Below, piece after piece: positions 58,930 through 64,000 of a stretch of DNA of 64,000 nt. The translations under genes were made by a program, and so were the position numbers. The notes below the pieces were generated by a model. That model searched no databases. It was given only the letters and a program-made list of their open reading frames with translations, and was not told where the DNA came from. How positions within the stretch are numbered: position 1 is the first letter of the stretch; every line of letters begins with the position of its first letter. The DNA is from Candidatus Latescibacterota bacterium (GTDB taxonomy: Bacteria > Latescibacterota > UBA2968 > GCA-2709665): assembly GCA_963662665.2 (NCBI GenBank), contig CAXXJS010000036.1:1-64000 (forward strand), read 5' to 3'.

Positions 58930-61734
58930 ATGCGCTGGTTCTTATTGATTTTCGCAATACTATACCGTTACCCGGACCTCACTTGGGCAAATGAGATACA
59001 ACCCTGCTCGGTGATTGCGTTTGATGATTATCCAGAAGTTGCCGCAAAACAGACCCTCAATCTGGATGTAGGTCCACCGCGCAAGGTTCGTTTGATCTAT
59101 TTTCATTATAGTGATCGGCCTGTGCGCAGCCACGTAATTATTGGAATGCGCGAAACGATTCTAACCGCCCAAGGTCGTTTTGGTCAGCACATGCAAGCTC
59201 GACGTTTGGGGTATAAAACCTTTGATATTGAACTTACAAATCAGAATGTACCACGTGTGCATATAGTAGAGAGTCAGGAATTGAGTTATCACTATAGAGA
59301 GGATACACTTACACCTGTACTCGACGAATTGGAAACAAGATACGATTTAACCAGGAACATTTATTTTATCGTAATTGACAACAGGGAGCGTTGGATTGCG
59401 CGTGGTGAAGGGAGACGGTCGCGGGGCATAGGTGGGCGACACGGTAAGGCTGGGGGGATTGCAGTGATGCCTACCGAGTATAGCGTAGATACTGCGATGC
59501 ACGAACTGGGACACGCGTTTTCTCTCCATCACGATTTCAGTGATCGTCGAAACTTAATGTCCTATGGGCGAGATCGTGACAGACTATCGGCTTGCTCTGC
59601 ACAGTTGTTATCTGTGCATCCACACTTCAACAGGGACATTCCCGTACATCAATTGAGTGAGGATAGAGGGCCTCTGCGTACCTTGACTTCGTCTTATGAA
59701 TATATACTCGATACCACCCCCGTTCCTATTCGCATAAGAGCGACAGATCCTGACGGTATTCACCAGGTGGTATTGTTTGTTGAAACTGGTAGTTTACACC
59801 CGGCGGCGGGATTTTTGGAAGTAAAGTCTTTTGAACTGTATCGAGGGCGTGAGGACATTGTCGTTTCGTTTGATTTTGATGGTAAGGTACCTTCTCATTT
59901 GGCACAAGGGCACAGTTATCCTACCCCAACACCCTTGCGCGGTCGTCAGAGGATCTTTCTTTATTTCTATGACCGACTAGGTAACAAGGGTGTGATGCAT
60001 TTTGAGTTGTTGTCCATTCCTTCCCGGCGCGAGGTTAAGTTTATCCACAGTAATTCACGCACTAGTGTGGGTGATCGAGTGGCTCCACTTATCGTTACTT
60101 CTGTCGCTTTTTCGTCTGACGGTAAATATGTTGCTTCGGGTTCTGGTAAGGGCGAGGTTAAATTGTGGGACCTGGACCGGAAACGGAATATCTGGACAAA
60201 AAAACATGGTAACTCTGTAGGCGCTTTAGCGTTTTCGCCGGACGGCAAGGTCTTGGCTTCCGGTGGTTCTGAAGGGACAGTCAAGTTCTGGAATATGCCA
60301 TCGGGCACGGACACTCGAACATTGCAAACCGCTACTGTCGAAAAATCCATTCGTGCGTTGGTTTTCGCTCCTGATGCTACTTTCCTTTATGCCGGTTTAA
60401 CGCGCGATGAGATTGTTTTCTGGAATATAGCGAAAGGGGCCGTGACCTACGGCCTTTCTCATATCGGAATGGGTAATGTCAATTCACTTGCCCTGTCTCC
60501 AGACGGCACAACGCTTATTTCTGGTTCGGCAGATGGGAAAATACGCGCTTGGCGCCATCGCTCTGGAGATGAGGACGTACAAGAACTGTGGGCGATTCAC
60601 GCACACTCGGAATCCGTACACTCTGTAGCATTTGCCCCCGATGGCAATTCAATTGCCTCTGCAGGATTAGAGACAGACCCGAGCGTTACGGTTCGAGAGA
60701 ATACCCGTACGAGCGATCGGACAGACAGCGTTGTTAAGTTTTGGGATTTTAATACTCGAAGGCAATTGGGCACTATTGAAACGGATACTCGACCAGGCTT
60801 TTCCTACCAGGTGCGGTCGATAGATTATTCGCCCAGTGGAAAACAACTGGCTGTAGGGTCCTGGGACAATACGGTGAAGTTGTATGGCACACAGGCCCCT
60901 TATCGTGAAATTGTTAATCTTGGCTATCACAATGAGCCGGGTAGGTGTGTTGGTTTCGTCTACGCTGTTGATTTTGCCGCAAGTGGTACTTTGTTGGCTT
61001 CCGGAGCATTAACCGGTAGTTGCGGAGGTTACTTGGGTTCGACTAAACCGTTTTTTGGTGAAGTTCATTTGTGGAATATGGAAGGCTTGGGGACGGGCAC
61101 TCGTTGGACGAGTTTCAATATGTATCTGGACGGAAATTTAGCGCCCGGCAATCACGCGGTCTCCGCGTTAGACGTGGCTCCTGGTACTACCGTTACGCTA
61201 CAGGTTCTAATTTATTATGTTCACGGGGCAAAGGGCATTAAGTTTAGCATAGAGTATGATGCTAAACAGCTTGAGTTTCAAGGTTTCAAGCCCAGCGAAC
61301 TCTTGCCAAATGCTCAGGTATTAATTTCACAACAAGAGAAGCCCAATGCCGTTGAAATTAATCTTGTCTCTTTCGATGGCGAAATTACAGATGGCCAGGG
61401 TGGTACACTGGGTGAGCTTTCTTTTACAAGCCGGGAGGGATTTACCGGAACAACAATCCGGTTAACCCAGGCCGAAGTTGGACAAGCCGACCAGACAGAA
61501 CGCAAGAACTTTACGAATCGGACAATGGTATTGAACCTTAAGAAAACAACGCCTTCGGCTGATTTCAACCAGGATGGCGATGTAAATTTCACCGATTTCT
61601 TAGTTTTTGTGGAGCACTTCGGACGCAAGAAAGGTCAACCAGGGTGGGATGCGAAATTTGATTTGGACAGCAATGGCGAGATCGGATTTGGGGATTTCTT
61701 GATTTTTGGGGCATCGTTCGGAGCGCGAGTTTAA
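58930..61734 (+). CDS. secreted multidomain protein: metzincin-like protease, WD40 propeller, cohesin-like domain, dockerin-like tail
   Basis: Signal peptide, HELGHAFSLHH with NLMSY Met-turn, repeats such as VAFSSDGKYVASGS..VKLWD, and tail DFNQDGDVNFTDF..DLDSNGEIGFGDF. Visibly AT-richer codon usage. Confidence 0.85.
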   Translation: MRWFLLIFAILYRYPDLTWANEIQPCSVIAFDDYPEVAAKQTLNLDVGPPRKVRLIYFHYSDRPVRSHVIIGMRETILTAQGRFGQHMQARRLGYKTFDIELTNQNVPRVHIVESQELSYHYREDTLTPVLDELETRYDLTRNIYFIVIDNRERWIARGEGRRSRGIGGRHGKAGGIAVMPTEYSVDTAMHELGHAFSLHHDFSDRRNLMSYGRDRDRLSACSAQLLSVHPHFNRDIPVHQLSEDRGPLRTLTSSYEYILDTTPVPIRIRATDPDGIHQVVLFVETGSLHPAAGFLEVKSFELYRGREDIVVSFDFDGKVPSHLAQGHSYPTPTPLRGRQRIFLYFYDRLGNKGVMHFELLSIPSRREVKFIHSNSRTSVGDRVAPLIVTSVAFSSDGKYVASGSGKGEVKLWDLDRKRNIWTKKHGNSVGALAFSPDGKVLASGGSEGTVKFWNMPSGTDTRTLQTATVEKSIRALVFAPDATFLYAGLTRDEIVFWNIAKGAVTYGLSHIGMGNVNSLALSPDGTTLISGSADGKIRAWRHRSGDEDVQELWAIHAHSESVHSVAFAPDGNSIASAGLETDPSVTVRENTRTSDRTDSVVKFWDFNTRRQLGTIETDTRPGFSYQVRSIDYSPSGKQLAVGSWDNTVKLYGTQAPYREIVNLGYHNEPGRCVGFVYAVDFAASGTLLASGALTGSCGGYLGSTKPFFGEVHLWNMEGLGTGTRWTSFNMYLDGNLAPGNHAVSALDVAPGTTVTLQVLIYYVHGAKGIKFSIEYDAKQLEFQGFKPSELLPNAQVLISQQEKPNAVEINLVSFDGEITDGQGGTLGELSFTSREGFTGTTIRLTQAEVGQADQTERKNFTNRTMVLNLKKTTPSADFNQDGDVNFTDFLVFVEHFGRKKGQPGWDAKFDLDSNGEIGFGDFLIFGASFGARV

Positions 61735-61741
61735 TTCACAA

Positions 61742-61789
61742 CGCGTTTCCGCAGTTTTCATCGTGGTGTCGCCTTGCTGTTTTCTTCGA
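61742..61789. repeat. 48-bp direct repeat, right copy, followed by the MITE right TIR
   Basis: Matches 58477-58524 and continues ATTGAGGT-TA as in copy 1 (43318-43327). Confidence 0.85.
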
Positions 61790-61822
61790 ATTGAGGTTAG
61801 ACGGCGACTCTGGAGATCGTAT

Positions 61823-63085
61823 ATGTCTTCGGCAATTCGGATTGGCGTGATCGGTTGCGGGCGAATCCTTAACGCGCATCTGCGCGGACTCCGAATCCTT
61901 CAGGAAAACGGCTTCGGGGATCTCTTCCGGGTGACGGCGCTGTGCGCAAGGAAACGTGAGGACGCCCTCCGTTTTCGAACGCGTGGCGAAGGCCCGGGTC
62001 CCAGACCGGCGCCGGTGGAGGCCCCGGGTGACCCGCTGAATGCGCCGCACGCGTACATCAGCGACCTGCATCCCGGTCAGGAAACGGCGGTTTACACGGA
62101 TTATCGTGAGATGCTGGAACGCGGACCGGTCGACGCGGTGTGCATCCTGACGGGACACGATACGCACCACACCATCGCCATCGATGCCATGCGGGCCGGC
62201 AGGCACGCGACGGTCGAAAAGCCGATGGCGATCTCGGTAAGGGCCGCGCTGCGGATGTGTGAAGTGGCTGCCGAGACGAACACCGTCTTGAGCGTTGCAG
62301 AGAATGTGAACTTCACTCCCGCGGTGCGTGCGAGCCGGTGGGCCGTCAGGCAGGGATTCATCGGTGACGTGCAGATGGTCTACCGCGGAGCGATCGGGTT
62401 CCGGTCTCACCGGCCGGATCTGGTTGCCGCGCGTACTCCGTGGAGGCAGTCAAAGCTGGGCGCCGGCGGCGGAGTATCCATCGATTTGGGCGTTCATCTC
62501 TTCAACGGCGTACGGACGATCTGCGGTCCGGTGCATTCGGTGCAGGCCCTGTGGCGGATTCTGGAGCCGGTCCGGGTGCTGATGTCAGACGACGACCGGG
62601 GGGTCGCGGATGAGGTCCGGAACCAGGTCGACGACGTGTTTTTTTCGAATTTCAGGTTTGCGAACGGGGCGATCGGACATCTGGCTGTAGCCCGAAGCAC
62701 CAGAGGCACGCAGATCGGCGTGCCGGGAGGTACCAACGTATTCGGCAGCGCGGGGACGTTGTCGGATGGGAAAATTTACACGGAGGAACGGGCTGAGGAA
62801 GACGTTCTGGAGCGCTTTCAGCGGGATGCCTCCGAAAGTGAACTGGCAGAAGCGATGCCCGCCGGGATCACCGATGCTTTCGCGCTGGAGAACCTGGACT
62901 GGCTGCGCGCCATCGGTGGCGGATCGCCCGCGCGCATGACGGGGGAGGAGGGGACGACGGACCTGGCATTGAGCTACGCGATCCTCGAGTCGGGGCTGCT
63001 GGGACGGGAGGTGTCCCTGGAGGAGATGCTGGGAGGCGACGTGGACGGATATCAAAGGCCGATCAACGCGCACTACGGGTTGTAG
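61823..63085 (+). CDS. Gfo/Idh/MocA oxidoreductase
   Basis: IGVIGCG, VEKPMA, DLGVH. GGAG RBS. Confidence 0.88.
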   Translation: MSSAIRIGVIGCGRILNAHLRGLRILQENGFGDLFRVTALCARKREDALRFRTRGEGPGPRPAPVEAPGDPLNAPHAYISDLHPGQETAVYTDYREMLERGPVDAVCILTGHDTHHTIAIDAMRAGRHATVEKPMAISVRAALRMCEVAAETNTVLSVAENVNFTPAVRASRWAVRQGFIGDVQMVYRGAIGFRSHRPDLVAARTPWRQSKLGAGGGVSIDLGVHLFNGVRTICGPVHSVQALWRILEPVRVLMSDDDRGVADEVRNQVDDVFFSNFRFANGAIGHLAVARSTRGTQIGVPGGTNVFGSAGTLSDGKIYTEERAEEDVLERFQRDASESELAEAMPAGITDAFALENLDWLRAIGGGSPARMTGEEGTTDLALSYAILESGLLGREVSLEEMLGGDVDGYQRPINAHYGL

Positions 63086-63165
63086 AGGTTCGAAGTTGCG
63101 GGCGTAGATCAATTTCTGCATCGGCCTACCTGCCGTTGAGCGGGTGGGCGTCTTGTTCGTTTGTA

Positions 63166-63744
63166 TCAGCGTTTTTCGATTTCGAGGTTGCGGAACCGGA
63201 TCTGACTGTTGTGGTCCTGCAGGCCGATGTACCCGGTTTCGGTCATTTCGCAGTATGCGCGGTTGAATTTGTTGGGCGTGCCATCGGGGTTTTTACCCGG
63301 GGTCGTCCAATTGCTGAGATCCATGTCGGTGATCTGCTGCCCGTTCAAGGTGACGCCGATGAGGTCGTCCATGACGTCGATGACCATGTGATTCCATTCG
63401 TCCGCGGGCTTACAGGCGTTGTGCGACGGGGCCTTCACGTCATAGACCGCGCCGCAGCATTTCGCGGTTGCGGGTTTGCGACCGTGCGTATCCAGGATCT
63501 GGATTTCGATACCGGTCTGTACGGGGTCGTCCAGATCGGTCCAACGGAAGAATACACCGCTGTTGGCTCCGGGCGGGTGCTTGAACTCGAGCGACATTTC
63601 GAAGTTCCTGAATTGTTCGTTCGTATAATACAGGTATTTCCCATTCTCCGCGGTGCAGAAGATACAACCTCGATCTACCGTCCAGCCGTTGGGATTGCCG
63701 GTGGCTGCCCAGCCGTTGAGGGATTCGCCGTCGAACAGGTGCAT
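63166..63744 (-). CDS. DUF1080 / 3-keto-disaccharide hydrolase family protein
   Basis: LFDGESLNGW, NSGVFFR, EIQILD, GYIGLQDH, FRNL. Confidence 0.9.
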   Translation of the reverse strand: MHLFDGESLNGWAATGNPNGWTVDRGCIFCTAENGKYLYYTNEQFRNFEMSLEFKHPPGANSGVFFRWTDLDDPVQTGIEIQILDTHGRKPATAKCCGAVYDVKAPSHNACKPADEWNHMVIDVMDDLIGVTLNGQQITDMDLSNWTTPGKNPDGTPNKFNRAYCEMTETGYIGLQDHNSQIRFRNLEIEKR

Positions 63745-63903
63745 GTATCGTCCTTTCAGTGATACTGTTTCAGGAATCGACCGCCATTGGGTATATCGCG
63801 CCTGCTGTCTTGGACTGCCGGAGCGCCGGAACCATCTATGGGCAATATCTGTCAAACAGGAAGAAAAACAAAGCGAAAGCCACACTCTCGAGGAGGGAAT
63901 TCC

Positions 63904-64000
63904 ATGGTTGCACACGTGACACGTGCGGTTTGTTTTCTGGCGCTGTTGCCGCTTGGCATTCACGCCGACAACTGGCCGCAGTGGCGTGGGCCGCAGCAGA
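63904..64000 (+). CDS. 5' end of a secreted PQQ-like beta-propeller protein (truncated by window)
   Basis: GAGGAGG RBS, signal peptide, then DNWPQWRGP. Confidence 0.75.
   Translation, partial: MVAHVTRAVCFLALLPLGIHADNWPQWRGPQQ

Larger units (their letters stand above)
58338..61799. mobile_element. composite MITE-bounded insertion carrying one cargo gene
   Basis: Left MITE 58340-58524 lacks its right TIR. Right MITE end 61742-61797 carries it. TA duplicated at 58338-58339 and 61798-61799. Confidence 0.7.

Noticed and set aside
58335-61802. Integron attC-like ends ATCTAAC (RYYYAAC) and GTTAGAC (GTTRRRY) around the cargo
   Set aside because: The repeat unit (~197 bp) is longer than typical attC sites. 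Pairing is contiguous from the ends with no L-box pattern, copy 1 lacks RYYYAAC, and no integrase or cassette array is present. TIR plus TA duplication explains the sequence better.
1-64000. rRNA, tRNA, CRISPR arrays, transposases, prophage genes
   Set aside because: None recognised by eye. tRNAscan-SE and Infernal would be needed to exclude small RNAs.

Overview
GC-rich bacterial chromosomal window from a diderm organism (lipoproteins, beta-barrels, Lol-like ABC module). The gene content (several TIM-barrel sugar-phosphate isomerases, two PhyH dioxygenases, Gfo/Idh/MocA oxidoreductases, secreted proteins with dockerin-like tails, a WD40 protein) suggests a Latescibacterota/Gemmatimonadota-like lineage, which is inference only. 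Housekeeping genes (sigma-70 factor, hup, ssb, prmA, thrC-like, uvrB, nadC-birA-coaX, mgtE) are mixed with carbohydrate-catabolic genes. No rRNA, tRNA, CRISPR array, transposase or integrase was seen. The main signal is a ~193-bp non-coding MITE-like element with terminal inverted repeats and TA duplication. It occurs as a tandem pair inside an ABC-export operon (43131-43440) and as the two ends of a 3.46-kb unit (58340-61797) that inserted an AT-richer secreted metalloprotease/WD40/dockerin gene into the stop codon of an aldo-keto reductase. Other leads: a sigma-54 promoter with three repeated operators upstream of a PTS-EIIA plus sigma-70 operon; an unassigned ~165-nt structured RNA; a DksA/TraR zinc-finger plus DUF6178-like gene pair; a solo XPB-associated/WYL protein; a duplicated DUF3179 plus beta-barrel cluster; and a bacterial OSGIN-like flavoprotein. 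Family names come from remembered motifs, not database searches.
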